Source: Acidimicrobium ferrooxidans
GTDB lineage: Bacteria > Actinomycetota > Geothermincolia > Fen-727 > Anoxymicrobiaceae
Length of the DNA stretch: 64,000 nt
NCBI GenBank assembly: GCA_020723485.1
Contig: DYIU01000004.1
Span: 27,057-91,056 of the forward strand
Reading direction: 5' to 3'
This document shows, one piece after another, positions 48,514-59,394 of the stretch. The position numbers and the translations under genes are program-made. Position 1 is the stretch's first letter. Each line of letters starts with the position of its first letter. The notes beneath the pieces are model-generated. The model did no database searches and was not told the origin of the DNA. It was given only the letters and a program-made list of their open reading frames with translations.

Positions 48514-49863
48514 TCAGATGAGGAGCAGCCTGCCGATGACAAGGTATATGGCCAGGCTGATGACATCCATCGTCGTGCCGAGAAGCGGCCCCGACACCGC
48601 CCCCGGGTCGCGCTTGAACGCCTTCAGGGTCAGGGGCAGCGCGCACCCCACCAGCGATGCCGCGATCACCGTAAGGGCCAGGGACAGGCCCACCACGATC
48701 CCGATATAGGCGTCCTGCTCGAATATCACCGCTATGAGGGCTACCACCGCCCCGGTGACCGCTCCCACCAGCACCGCCCACCCCAGCTCCCCGGTCATTG
48801 CTCGAACGGTAGAGCCCTGGGGCGCCGTCCCGGTGGTGAGCCAGCGGCCCATGATGGTCGAGGACTGCACGGCGATGTTGCCTCCCATCGTGACCAGCAG
48901 GGGGATGAAGAAGACGAGCACGAGGAACCTGGTGAAGACCGGCGAGTAGAGCTTGAGGATCCCCCCCGCCACCAGCACTTCGATGACCACCGCCAGCACG
49001 AACCACGGGAGCCTCCTCGACAGGTCGGTCCACAGGCCGCGGGGCTCCTCCTCGTCGAAGCCCGCCGCTCCCGCGAACCGCATGAGGTCCTCCTCGGCTT
49101 CGTCGCCGATGACGTCCATCACGTCGTCGACCGTGACGATGCCGAGCAGGTAGCCCTCCTCGTCCGTGACCGGGACGGCCAGCCAGTCGTACTTGCTTAT
49201 GATGCCGGCGACCTCCTCCTGGTCGCGCTCCGGCCTGACCGCGACGGAGTCACCGCGTATCATCTCTCCCACCCTGCGCCCCGGGGGGCTGACGATGAGC
49301 TCCCGGAGCGAGAGCACGCCCAGCAGCTTTCCCTCGTCGGAGACGACGTAGACGTAGTATATGGTCTCTATCTCGGGCGGGACTCCGCGGAGCCGGTTTA
49401 TGACCTCGTCGGCGGTGGCGTCGGGGCTCACCGCGATGTAATCGGTGGTCATCAGGCCGCCGGCGGTCTCGTCGCCGTAGGTGAGCAGCATCTCCAGCTC
49501 GTCGGCTTCCTGTCGGCCGAAGAGCTTCAGGAGGCGGTTGCGCTGGCCCTCGGGGATGTCGCCGAGCAGGTCCACCGCCTCGTCAACGGGCATCCGCGCC
49601 AGCAGGTTGCGCAGCTCACCCGTCCTCAGGCGTCCCGCCACCTCCACCTGGTGGGGCTCCTCCATCTCGAGGAGCACCCGCGCCGCCGCACGCGGCTCCA
49701 TGTTCACCAGCAGTTCTACCTCGTCGTCCAGCTCGAGCTCCGGCAGCACCTCGGCGGCGTCAGCGGACTGGAGCCCCGCGACTGTGCGGACCGCGTGCTT
49801 TATCTCGCCGCGCTCCAGCAGGTCCCTGACCGTCTGGAGCATGAGCTCGTTCTGTTCGTCCAT
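48514..49863 (-). CDS. mgtE: magnesium transporter MgtE
   Basis: MgtE N domain, tandem CBS domains, C-terminal 5-TM channel domain. Confidence 0.85.
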   Translation of the reverse strand: MDEQNELMLQTVRDLLERGEIKHAVRTVAGLQSADAAEVLPELELDDEVELLVNMEPRAAARVLLEMEEPHQVEVAGRLRTGELRNLLARMPVDEAVDLLGDIPEGQRNRLLKLFGRQEADELEMLLTYGDETAGGLMTTDYIAVSPDATADEVINRLRGVPPEIETIYYVYVVSDEGKLLGVLSLRELIVSPPGRRVGEMIRGDSVAVRPERDQEEVAGIISKYDWLAVPVTDEEGYLLGIVTVDDVMDVIGDEAEEDLMRFAGAAGFDEEEPRGLWTDLSRRLPWFVLAVVIEVLVAGGILKLYSPVFTRFLVLVFFIPLLVTMGGNIAVQSSTIMGRWLTTGTAPQGSTVRAMTGELGWAVLVGAVTGAVVALIAVIFEQDAYIGIVVGLSLALTVIAASLVGCALPLTLKAFKRDPGAVSGPLLGTTMDVISLAIYLVIGRLLLI

Positions 49864-49876
49864 GGCTGTCCCGGTG

Positions 49877-50788
49877 TCACTGGTAATCGAGTCTCTTGAT
49901 GAACCCTGGGTTCTTCGACCAGTCCTTTTCGACCTTCGCCCGGAGGCTCAGGAATACCTTGTTTCCGAGGATGGGCTCCATCTCGGCGCGAGCGCGCGAG
50001 CCGATCTCCTTTATCATGCGGCCGTTCTTGCCCACGATTATCCCCTTCTGCGACTCGCGCTCCACGTAGATGACGGCCTCGATGTCGATGAGGTCGGCGT
50101 CCTCCCTCGGCTTCATCTCCTCGACCAGGACCGCTACGCTGTGCGGGACCTCGTCCCGGGTGAGCTCGAGTGCTTTCTCGCGGATGAGCTCCGCGACCAG
50201 GACCCGCTCCGGCTGGTCCGTGACCATGTCCTCCGGGAAATACCTCGGGCCCTCGGGAAGGAAGGAGGCCAGCATGGACTCGAGCTCCTCCAGGCCGGCG
50301 CCCAGCTTCGAGGAAACCCCCGCCACGCCGGCGAACCGGTAGAGGTGGCGGGCGACCTCCAGCTGAGAGTTTATCCTGCCGCTGTCGAGGAGGTCTATCT
50401 TGTTGACCACTCCGACGACGGGGGTAGGGACCTTTTCGAGCTCTCCCGCTATGAATATGTCCCCTTTGCCTATGGTCTGGGCGCCGTCCAGCACGAAGAC
50501 CACCACGTCCACGTCGCGCATCGTCCCGAGCACCAGTGAGTTCAGGCGGTCGCCCAGGGCGTCGCGCGGCTTGTGGAAGCCGGGGGTGTCGACGAAAACC
50601 AGCTGCGCGTCGGGCCTTGTGATGACGGCCCGGATGCGGTTCCTCGTGGTCTGCGGCTTCTCGGACGTGATGGCGACCTTGCGCCCGGCCAGCCTGTTCA
50701 AGAGCGTGGATTTCCCCACGTTGGGCCGGCCCACGAGGCCTATGAAGCCGGAACGGTACTGCGTGCCTGAATCGCCGCCTAGGTCCAA
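49877..50788 (-). CDS. era: GTPase Era
   Basis: G1 GRPNVGKST, G3 DTPG, G4 NKID, C-terminal KH domain. Confidence 0.9.
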   Translation of the reverse strand: MDLGGDSGTQYRSGFIGLVGRPNVGKSTLLNRLAGRKVAITSEKPQTTRNRIRAVITRPDAQLVFVDTPGFHKPRDALGDRLNSLVLGTMRDVDVVVFVLDGAQTIGKGDIFIAGELEKVPTPVVGVVNKIDLLDSGRINSQLEVARHLYRFAGVAGVSSKLGAGLEELESMLASFLPEGPRYFPEDMVTDQPERVLVAELIREKALELTRDEVPHSVAVLVEEMKPREDADLIDIEAVIYVERESQKGIIVGKNGRMIKEIGSRARAEMEPILGNKVFLSLRAKVEKDWSKNPGFIKRLDYQ

Positions 50789-50834
50789 GTCTATCCACTC
50801 CGTTTCGCCGGTCGGAGCGGCAGGCCCCCTGGCA

Positions 50835-52004
50835 TCAGGTCCCCTTGGGGAACCGGCGCATGCCGATATTCAAGAGCAGACCGATACAGAAGAAATTGAC
50901 CAGGAGCGAGCTGCCGCCGTAGCTCACGAAAGGTAACGGGATACCTGTTATCGGCATTATCCCCATCGTCATGCCGACGTTGACCACTATCTGGAAGAAG
51001 AACATGACCACTATGCCCACGGCCAGCATCGTGCCGAACGGGTCGCGGGCGGTTATCGCTATCTTGAAAGCCCTCCACAGGAGCACGGCGAAGAGCGCCA
51101 GCAGTACGACCGCACCCAGGAAGCCCAGCTCCTCGCCTATAACCGAGAAGATGAAGTCGGTGTGGTGCTCGGGGATGAACTTGAGGTTCGTCTGCGTGCC
51201 CTGGAAGAGGCCCTTGCCCAGGAGCTGGCCGGAGCCGATGGCGATCTTTGACTGGAGCAGGTTGTAGCCTGACTGCAGGGGGTCCATGTCAGGCTTCAGG
51301 AAAACCATCAGGCGCGTGAGCTGGTACGATTTGAGCACGTGCAGCTGCAGCGCCGCGAGGACCGCGACGAGAGAGCCCGCCCCCAGGACCGCCATCTGCC
51401 TCAGGGTCGCCCCTCCCACCACCAGCATGCCCACGGCGATGATGAAGATGGAGAGCGTCATGCCAAGGTCGGGCTCCAGGAAAATGAAGAACATCGGGAC
51501 CAGGGCGATTCCGAGCGCCTGCGCGAAGTCCTTGATCGAGCTGAGCTCCATCCTGCGGTCGGCGATGAAGGTCGCGAGCATGATTATCACGGCGAGCTTC
51601 GCTATCTCGGAGGGCTGCGGGTCGAAGAAGGGAAGCGATATCCACCTGTGGGCGCCGCCCCTCGCCGGGAACAGGAGCACGACCATCAGCAGGAAGACCG
51701 TGACGCCGTAGATTATCTTGGCGTACGGCATTGTCTTGTGGTAGTCAAAACCCGCCCCGAGCGCCATGAAAAGCAGGGCCAGGACGAAGAAGAGCAGCTG
51801 CCGCTTCAGGTAGAACGTGGAGGGCGTGTCCGCGCGGGTGGCGCTGAATATCATGATTATCCCGAACACTCCCAGCGCGAGGGCCGCGAAGAGCAGCAGC
51901 TTGTCTACGTTGCGCATCGGGAAGCGCTTGAGGAGCTCCTTCGAGGCGCTCCGGCGCACGAGCCCCGGTGAGAACTCCGCGTTTCCCGGTCGGCTGCTCA
52001 TCAT
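50835..52004 (-). CDS. rodA: SEDS-family peptidoglycan glycosyltransferase RodA
   Basis: FtsW/RodA/SpoVE polytopic architecture; directly downstream of mrdA. Confidence 0.8.
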   Translation of the reverse strand: MMSSRPGNAEFSPGLVRRSASKELLKRFPMRNVDKLLLFAALALGVFGIIMIFSATRADTPSTFYLKRQLLFFVLALLFMALGAGFDYHKTMPYAKIIYGVTVFLLMVVLLFPARGGAHRWISLPFFDPQPSEIAKLAVIIMLATFIADRRMELSSIKDFAQALGIALVPMFFIFLEPDLGMTLSIFIIAVGMLVVGGATLRQMAVLGAGSLVAVLAALQLHVLKSYQLTRLMVFLKPDMDPLQSGYNLLQSKIAIGSGQLLGKGLFQGTQTNLKFIPEHHTDFIFSVIGEELGFLGAVVLLALFAVLLWRAFKIAITARDPFGTMLAVGIVVMFFFQIVVNVGMTMGIMPITGIPLPFVSYGGSSLLVNFFCIGLLLNIGMRRFPKGT

Positions 52005-52019
52005 TTCGCGGACACCGCC

Positions 52020-53999
52020 CTAGTCCCCGACGCTCGGCCGTATCTCGCCGGCCGGCGGGATGTTGAAGAGCCCCTCGAGGATGCGCCTGGCCACCGGAGC
52101 GGCGACCTCGCCGCCGTGGCCTCCCTGCTCGATGGCGACGGCCACCACGTACTTCGGGTCTCCCACCGGCGCGAAGCAGACGAACCACGCGGTGGGCTGC
52201 TTGCCGGCTATCTCGCTCGTTCCGGTCTTGCCGGCCACCGGTATCTGCGCGATGGGAAAGCCCTCGAAGGTTGCGGAAGCCGTGCCGCCCCCCTGGACCA
52301 CCCCGGTGAGGGCCTGGATGACGAAGTTCAGGTGCTGCGGGTCTATCTGCAGCTCCGCCGAGACCTCCGGCTGGACCTTCTTCACTACCTTGCCGTCGAC
52401 GTCCTCGAGCTGCTTCATGACGTGTGGCCTCATGAACTTCCCGTTGTTGGCAAGCCCGGAGTACATGTACGCCACCTGCAGGGGAGTCGTGAGGATGTCG
52501 CCCTGCCCGATGGCCATGTTGACCGTGTCGCCCGGGTACCAGACCTGGTACTCGGGGTTGTCCTTGTTGAAATCCTTCTTCCACTCCGGGCTGGGGACCC
52601 GGCCGTCCATCTCGCTTGTCAGGTCGATGCCGGTGCGCTTGCCCAGCTGCCAGTCCCGCGTGTACTCCCACAGCGGCCGCCCGGTGCTGGTGCCCTGCCG
52701 CTGGTAGAAGGTTAGACCGAGGTTATAGAAGACGATGTCGCAGGACTCGACTATGCCGTTGAAGAGGTCGATGTGGTTATGAGTGCTCCAGCAGGTCTTC
52801 GGGTAGTCCTTGAACGGACCGGTCGTGAACACGTGCGCGCAGTCGAAGGCCGACTGCATGTTGTACGTGCCCTCCTTGAGGGCGGCCAGCGCCGTGACGA
52901 CCTTGAAGGTGGACCCGGGCGGCAGCTCGCTCATTATCGCGCGGTTGTTCATAGGGTACTCGTTCTTCGGGTCGGTGAGCTGCTTCCACTTCTTGTCGCT
53001 TATGCCGCCCACGAAGTCGTTCAGGCTGAACGTAGGGTATGAGGCCATGGCGATTACCTCGCCGGTCTTGGGGTCCATCACGACCGCGGCGGCGCCCGTC
53101 GCCTTGTACCTGATGTCCTCCTTGGTCTTTGCCTCGGGGTCGTTCCTGGTCCGGGCGATCTCGACTCCGGACATCAGCGAGGATTCGACCAGCGCCTGGA
53201 TGTTCTGGTCGATCGTGGTGCGCATGTTCTGGCCCGCCCGGGCTTCCTCGCGTGATATCTCGCGGATGGAGTTGCCCTGGGCGTCCACCTCGAGGCGGTA
53301 CTTGCCTACCTTGCCGCGGAGCTCCTCGTCGTAGGTGGACTCGACGCCGGAGAGACCGATCTCGTCGCCGGCGATGTAGCCCTCGCCCTTCTTCTCCTCG
53401 AGCATCTCCGGGTTTATCTCGCCCAGGTACCCTATGATGTGGGCCGCGAGCGAGCTGTACGGGTACTCCCGCACCGGCCTCGTGCTGGCGATGACGCCGG
53501 GGAACTCCCGCTGGTGCTCGCGGACGTAGGTCACTATCTCCTCGCCGACGTCGCTCTTTATTAGGACCGCCCTGCGGTTGGGGGCCTGGGACTTCTCTAT
53601 CTTGTAGGCAATCTCCTTCTCGCCCATCCCGAGCAGCTTGGAGAGCCTTCCGATGACGGCCTCCTCCTGGTCCTTCATCTCGGCCGGCACAACCGAGATG
53701 GTGAGCGCGTTCCTGTTCTTGACCAGGACCAGGCCGTTGCGGTCGAGGATGCGGCCCCGGGGCGCCTCCACCGAGATCTCGCGGATGCGGTTCCCCTCCG
53801 CCTTCTTGCGGTAGTCGTTGCCGGAGACTATCTGCATGAACCACAGCCGCGTGAACAGCACCGCGAAAGCTATTGCGATGACGATGCCGAGGATGGCTAT
53901 GCGCCGCTGCAGGTTGTCCTGGGCGGTGTCCGGCTTGTAGTACGTCGTCTCATCCGGCTTTATCTTGAGCCCGTTGCGCTTAAATAGCTGCATAAACAT
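52020..53999 (-). CDS. mrdA: penicillin-binding protein 2 (elongasome transpeptidase)
   Basis: N-terminal TM anchor, dimerisation domain, transpeptidase motifs STFK, SxN region and KTG (VAGKTGTSE). Confidence 0.85.
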   Translation of the reverse strand: MFMQLFKRNGLKIKPDETTYYKPDTAQDNLQRRIAILGIVIAIAFAVLFTRLWFMQIVSGNDYRKKAEGNRIREISVEAPRGRILDRNGLVLVKNRNALTISVVPAEMKDQEEAVIGRLSKLLGMGEKEIAYKIEKSQAPNRRAVLIKSDVGEEIVTYVREHQREFPGVIASTRPVREYPYSSLAAHIIGYLGEINPEMLEEKKGEGYIAGDEIGLSGVESTYDEELRGKVGKYRLEVDAQGNSIREISREEARAGQNMRTTIDQNIQALVESSLMSGVEIARTRNDPEAKTKEDIRYKATGAAAVVMDPKTGEVIAMASYPTFSLNDFVGGISDKKWKQLTDPKNEYPMNNRAIMSELPPGSTFKVVTALAALKEGTYNMQSAFDCAHVFTTGPFKDYPKTCWSTHNHIDLFNGIVESCDIVFYNLGLTFYQRQGTSTGRPLWEYTRDWQLGKRTGIDLTSEMDGRVPSPEWKKDFNKDNPEYQVWYPGDTVNMAIGQGDILTTPLQVAYMYSGLANNGKFMRPHVMKQLEDVDGKVVKKVQPEVSAELQIDPQHLNFVIQALTGVVQGGGTASATFEGFPIAQIPVAGKTGTSEIAGKQPTAWFVCFAPVGDPKYVVAVAIEQGGHGGEVAAPVARRILEGLFNIPPAGEIRPSVGD

Positions 54000-54014
54000 T
54001 CACCGGCAGGCCGG

Positions 54015-54533
54015 TCACGCTCTCCTCGTCACTAACAGTGAGTCTTCTTTCTCAGGGAAACGGAAGCGGCGCAGCAGAGGGTATATCACCAGGACCGCGA
54101 GCACGTTGTAGAGCGCGGCCGCGAACATGACCCCGGCCCGCAGCGGGGGCAGCACGTCCTCACCCAGCACCACCATGACGCCCTGGTGGAGCAGTATCTC
54201 GAAGAACGTGAGGAAGAACACCAGCAGCACGGGCAGCAGTATCGAGTACGTCATGAAGAAATCCTTCAGGACCCCGGCCATGAACCCCGCCAGCGTCTTG
54301 GTGAGCGCGCTGACCCCCATGACCTGCGGGCTCGCTATGTCCTGGAGCATCCCGCCCACGAAGCCCACCACGGCTCCGGCGACGGGCCCGTCCTGCACCG
54401 CCACGACTATCGCCACCACCAGTATCAGGTCCGGCTGGACGCCCAGCAGCTTGAACTGCGGCATCACGGAGAGCTGCAGGACGAACGCGAGCGCCACCAC
54501 TACAAAGAGGAACAGCTCGCGGTTGCGGCTCAC
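54015..54533 (-). CDS. mreD: rod shape-determining protein MreD
   Basis: Small polytopic membrane protein (about 5 TM) overlapping the mreC stop; position in the mreBCD-mrdA-rodA operon. Confidence 0.6.
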   Translation of the reverse strand: MSRNRELFLFVVVALAFVLQLSVMPQFKLLGVQPDLILVVAIVVAVQDGPVAGAVVGFVGGMLQDIASPQVMGVSALTKTLAGFMAGVLKDFFMTYSILLPVLLVFFLTFFEILLHQGVMVVLGEDVLPPLRAGVMFAAALYNVLAVLVIYPLLRRFRFPEKEDSLLVTRRA

Positions 54534-55387
54534 TGCGCCTCCTTGAGTATCACCGATTCCGGCTCGGGAGTGACGATAATGAGCACCTTGTCTAGCTTGG
54601 AGTAGCTCACGTAAGGCCGGACCTCCACGAACCGGTCCAGCCCGCTCGAGCGCTTCTTGACGTCGCTCACCTTGCCTATGACCACTCCGGGCGGCACCGT
54701 CCCGCCCAGGCCGCTCGTCTCTATCACGTCGCCCTTGCGGATGTCCGCGTCCTGATTCATCGGGACGAACCTTATTATCTCTTCGTTCCTGCCCTCGACG
54801 ATGCCGGTCTCCCGGGAGCGCTGGATGCGGGCCCCCACGCCGGAGCGTGAGTCGGTCACGAGCTGCACCACGGACGAGCGCGAGCCGACCGATATGACCC
54901 TTCCGACGAGGCCTTCCTCGGTAACGACCGCCATATACTTCTTAACCCCGGCCGAGGACCCCTTGTTGACTATCATCAGGCGCTGCCAGTTGTCCGGGGA
55001 CTGCCCGATGATGTCCGCTCCGACAGTCTCGAACTCGGCCTGGGTCTCCCCCCAGTCCAGCAACTTCCTTAGCTCCTGGTTCTCCTCGATTATCTCTTTG
55101 GACTCGATGCGCTGCCGGCGGAGCTCCGCCACCTCCCTCTGGAGGTCGGCCCTCTCCTTTGAGAGCGACGGCAGGTGGACGAGGTTCACGAAGCCGTCCT
55201 TGATCGGCCGAAATACCTTCGCGAAGACACTGCTCACCGGGGAGACCAGGTCGAGGAAGAAGTTCTGCACCTTGTGCAGCGGGCCGCTGTCGGTCTCGCG
55301 CACGTAGAGGGTGACCACGGAAACACAGACTATTATCAGCAGTATCAGGATGATGCGGTTTCTGCTGGTCCTGGGAGCGGCAGGCAT
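54530..55387 (-). CDS. mreC: rod shape-determining protein MreC
   Basis: N-terminal TM, coiled coil (LQREVAELRRQRIES), C-terminal beta domains. Confidence 0.75.
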   Translation of the reverse strand: MPAAPRTSRNRIILILLIIVCVSVVTLYVRETDSGPLHKVQNFFLDLVSPVSSVFAKVFRPIKDGFVNLVHLPSLSKERADLQREVAELRRQRIESKEIIEENQELRKLLDWGETQAEFETVGADIIGQSPDNWQRLMIVNKGSSAGVKKYMAVVTEEGLVGRVISVGSRSSVVQLVTDSRSGVGARIQRSRETGIVEGRNEEIIRFVPMNQDADIRKGDVIETSGLGGTVPPGVVIGKVSDVKKRSSGLDRFVEVRPYVSYSKLDKVLIIVTPEPESVILKEAQ

Positions 55388-55406
55388 GGTTATTCCCCGG
55401 TCGCCA

Positions 55407-56525
<1,119 letters not shown>

Positions 56526-56619
56526 TCAAGTAACCTATTATGCACAAATGGTGCTCACATGCTACACGCGATTTTAACACAACTTTACTTATCTAACATT
56601 AGCCAACCAGAGCAACAAC

Positions 56620-56719
56620 ATGCACACCGGGGTCAGGTCCCTTGTTGCGTTCGCCTCGTGCGCACCGCGAGGCGAGATAAAGATAAAAACGCAACAAGGG
56701 ACCTGACCCCGGTGTGCAT
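56620..56719. repeat. palindromic element C (100 nt) with 32-nt perfect terminal inverted repeats (ATGCACACCGGGGTCAGGTCCCTTGTTGCGTT)
   Basis: Terminal 32-bp stem and internal CGCCTCG...CGAGGCG hairpin. The right end overlaps the ndk TAA stop by 1 nt; lies upstream of the mreB promoter region. Confidence 0.65.
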
Positions 56720-57126
56720 TACTCGGGGAAGAAGAGGGATATCTCGCGGGCGGCGCTCTCGGAGGAGTCGGAGCCGTGCACCAGGTTGTGCGTCACGCTC
56801 GTCGCGTAGGCGCCGCGTATGGAGCCGGGAGTCGCCTCGAGCGGGTCCGTGGGCCCCATTACGACCCGTACCGACTCGATCGCGTTCTCCCCTCCTATCA
56901 CCGCAAGGACCGACAGGCCTTCGGTGATGTATTCGATGAGGTCGTCGTAGAACGGCTTGCCCTTGTGCTCGGCGTAGTGCTTCTCGGCGAGCTCGCGGCT
57001 TATGTGCATCCCCTGGATCTTCTGTATGGTGTAGCCCTTACGCTCGACGCGCTGCAGTATCTCGCCGACCAGCCCCCGGGAGACCCCGTCCGGCTTCACT
57101 ATCAGTAGCGTCTGCTCGTATGCCAT
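56719..57126 (-). CDS. ndk: nucleoside diphosphate kinase
   Basis: Active-site NLVHGSDS (His) and characteristic QTLLIVKPDGV N-terminus. Confidence 0.9.
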   Translation of the reverse strand: MAYEQTLLIVKPDGVSRGLVGEILQRVERKGYTIQKIQGMHISRELAEKHYAEHKGKPFYDDLIEYITEGLSVLAVIGGENAIESVRVVMGPTDPLEATPGSIRGAYATSVTHNLVHGSDSSESAAREISLFFPE

Positions 57127-57135
57127 GTACCCTCC

Positions 57136-58491
57136 TCACCTGTCCTGCCGCATCTCACGGGAGGCCTTCTGGTGCCTGAAATAGACCCTGGCCTCGGAGA
57201 CCGTGTAGAGAGAGCCGGTCACGCAAATCAGACCGGCCTCACCCGCGATATTATACGCGAGCCTCATCGCTTTGGCGAAATCCGGCTCGGCGCGGTGCTC
57301 TATCCTCTCCATCCTGCAGAAGCTGGCCAGCCGGCTCGCGCTTGTCGACCTCGCGCTCCTGTTCTCAGTGAGCACGAGCTCATCGGCGACCGCCCCGAGT
57401 ATCTTGAGCATGCCCCGCGCGTCCTTGTCGGCGAGTATCGCGACTACCACGATGAGCCGGTCGTAGTCGAACTCGCCGCTGAGCGCGGCGGCGAGCCTGT
57501 CCACCCCCAGGACGTTGTGCGCCCCGTCGGTCACCACCATCGGTCTCGTGGAGAGGACCTCGAGCCTGCCGGGGACTTTGCTTTCCTCGAGCGCGCCCCT
57601 GAAGGCCTCGGCGTCGGTCCTGCCGCGGGGGTCCGTGTACGCCTGGCAGGCCGCGATGGCGCACGCAGCGTTGACCGCCTGGTGCTTCCCGATGAGCGGG
57701 AGCTTGATGTCGTTGAACTCGATGCCGTCGAGCCCGCGAAGCGAGAGCAGCTGCGCTGGAGGCTCGCCCGCGACGCGGTACGGCAGGTGGTACTCCAGCC
57801 TGAAGTCGCGGCCGAACACCTTCATCTCGGCGCCGACCTCCTCGCAGCGTTCGGACATGAGCATCAGTATCTCCCTGCGGCCCTCGGCGGTCACCAGGAT
57901 GGAGCCCTCGTTGATTATGCCCGCCTTCTCGCGCGCTATCGCCTCGCGCGTCCGGCCCAGCTCGTCCACGTGGTCGAGGTCCACGTTGGTTATGACGGCC
58001 ACGTCGCAGTCGACCACGTTGGTCGAGTCCCAGCGGCCGCCCATGCCCACCTCCAGCACCGCGACGTCCACCTCCATCAACCTGAAGTACTCGAGCGCCA
58101 TAGCGGTCACGACCTCGAAGTATGTCAGCGCTTCGCCCGCCTCCCGCTCGGCGGCCTCGATGGCCGGCTTTATGGAGGTCAGTACCTGCGCGAAGGAGTT
58201 GGCCTGGATGAGCCTCCCGTCGACCGAGATACGCTCACGGACGGTCTCGAGGTGCGGTGAGGTGAAGAGGCCGGTCTTTAATCCGCACCTGCTTAGGATG
58301 CCCGCGCACATGTGAGCGACCGAGGTCTTGCCGTTGGTCCCGGTTATCTGGATGGCGTCGTACGCCGACTGAGGTTCGCCCAGCTCGCGGCAGGTCGCGC
58401 TGATGCGGTCGAGCGAGGGCTTGACCCCCAGCACGACCTTGCTGTCCAGGAAATCGACCGCCTCAGAGTACTTCAAACCACTCCCCACCAC
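57136..58491 (-). CDS. folC: bifunctional folylpolyglutamate synthase / dihydrofolate synthase
   Basis: Mur-ligase P-loop ITGTNGKTS, DVAVITNVDLDH; GTG start abuts element D. Confidence 0.85.
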   Translation of the reverse strand: MVGSGLKYSEAVDFLDSKVVLGVKPSLDRISATCRELGEPQSAYDAIQITGTNGKTSVAHMCAGILSRCGLKTGLFTSPHLETVRERISVDGRLIQANSFAQVLTSIKPAIEAAEREAGEALTYFEVVTAMALEYFRLMEVDVAVLEVGMGGRWDSTNVVDCDVAVITNVDLDHVDELGRTREAIAREKAGIINEGSILVTAEGRREILMLMSERCEEVGAEMKVFGRDFRLEYHLPYRVAGEPPAQLLSLRGLDGIEFNDIKLPLIGKHQAVNAACAIAACQAYTDPRGRTDAEAFRGALEESKVPGRLEVLSTRPMVVTDGAHNVLGVDRLAAALSGEFDYDRLIVVVAILADKDARGMLKILGAVADELVLTENRSARSTSASRLASFCRMERIEHRAEPDFAKAMRLAYNIAGEAGLICVTGSLYTVSEARVYFRHQKASREMRQDR

Positions 58492-58581
58492 TTAAAGCCG
58501 GGGTCAGGCCTGATTTTTTTAAGCCCGCTGCCATATGTTGGGGCCCTGCTCAAATAATCAGGCCTGACCCCGGCTTAAATA
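58492..58581. repeat. palindromic element D (about 90 nt; TTAAAGCCGGGGTCAGGCCTGATT termini)
   Basis: 24-nt near-perfect TIR; fills exactly the gap between the folC start codon and the TetR TAG stop. With element C it brackets the folC-ndk pair. Confidence 0.6.
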
Positions 58582-59223
58582 CTATTTCAAGATGCCGGTG
58601 AGATACAGTTCTGAGAACTCCTCGGCCAGGCGGGCGGGCTCGTAGGACGCGAGCTCGGGGTTGGCGAAGAGCGCCTGCTCTACCATCAGGTAGCCCGTCA
58701 TGCCCATGAACGCCATGGTGGCGAGCAGCGGGTCCACGCTCTCTCGCAGGAGGCCCTTCTCCTGCCAGAGCACCACGCACTCCCGGACGAAATCTCGCGA
58801 CGGGGCGAGCATCTTCTCGAAGAAAGCGCCCGCCATGGCCGGGTCCTTCACCGACTCCCCGACGACGACCCGCATGAAGTCCGCCTCGAGGTAGAAGTAG
58901 GTGAACATCCCCTGGATCAGGAACTTGATGGCGGTCCCGGGCTCGAGCTCGGGTATCAGGTCCCGCACCATGTCGAGCGCGGTGAAAGCCATGGAGCGGC
59001 TCTCGACCACGGCCTGGAACACGCCTTCCTTGTTATCGAAATAGCGGTACAAGGCGCCGCCCGTAAGGCCCGCCCGCTTCGCTATCTCGCTCATCGTTGC
59101 CCCGTGGAGCCCCCTCTCGGCAAAGACCTCCAGAGCGACTTGCAGTATCCTATCGCGCGTGGTGAGCGATTCGGCGCCGGCCTTCTCGACCGAGGTCCCG
59201 TCCTTACCGTCCTTTTTCGCCAT
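58582..59223 (-). CDS. TetR/AcrR family transcriptional regulator
   Basis: Start ATG 59223 (MAKKDGKDG) after AGGAGAG; HTH RDRILQVALEVFAERGLHGATMSEIAKRAGLTGGALYRYF. Confidence 0.8.
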   Translation of the reverse strand: MAKKDGKDGTSVEKAGAESLTTRDRILQVALEVFAERGLHGATMSEIAKRAGLTGGALYRYFDNKEGVFQAVVESRSMAFTALDMVRDLIPELEPGTAIKFLIQGMFTYFYLEADFMRVVVGESVKDPAMAGAFFEKMLAPSRDFVRECVVLWQEKGLLRESVDPLLATMAFMGMTGYLMVEQALFANPELASYEPARLAEEFSELYLTGILK

Positions 59224-59291
59224 CACTCTCTCCTGGTGACTCGTTTCCGACTGGGTTTTCCTTAATATCGAAGAATTCACCCGTAAGAGTC

Positions 59292-59350
59292 TTGACATGG
59301 GTCGTAATAGTTATAATACTGGACGTAACGATGTCTTCACTTATCATAAG
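59292..59350. promoter_or_regulatory. sigma-70-like promoter (TTGACA-N14/16-TATAAT/TAATAC) and 11-bp palindrome CTTATcATAAG (candidate TetR operator) in the divergent TetR / efflux intergenic region
   Basis: TTGACA 59292..59297, TATAAT 59312..59317, palindrome 59340..59350; AT-rich relative to the genome. Confidence 0.35.
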
Positions 59351-59394
59351 ACTATCGTATCACACAAGCAGGAATATGTCGAGAGGTGGTGGCA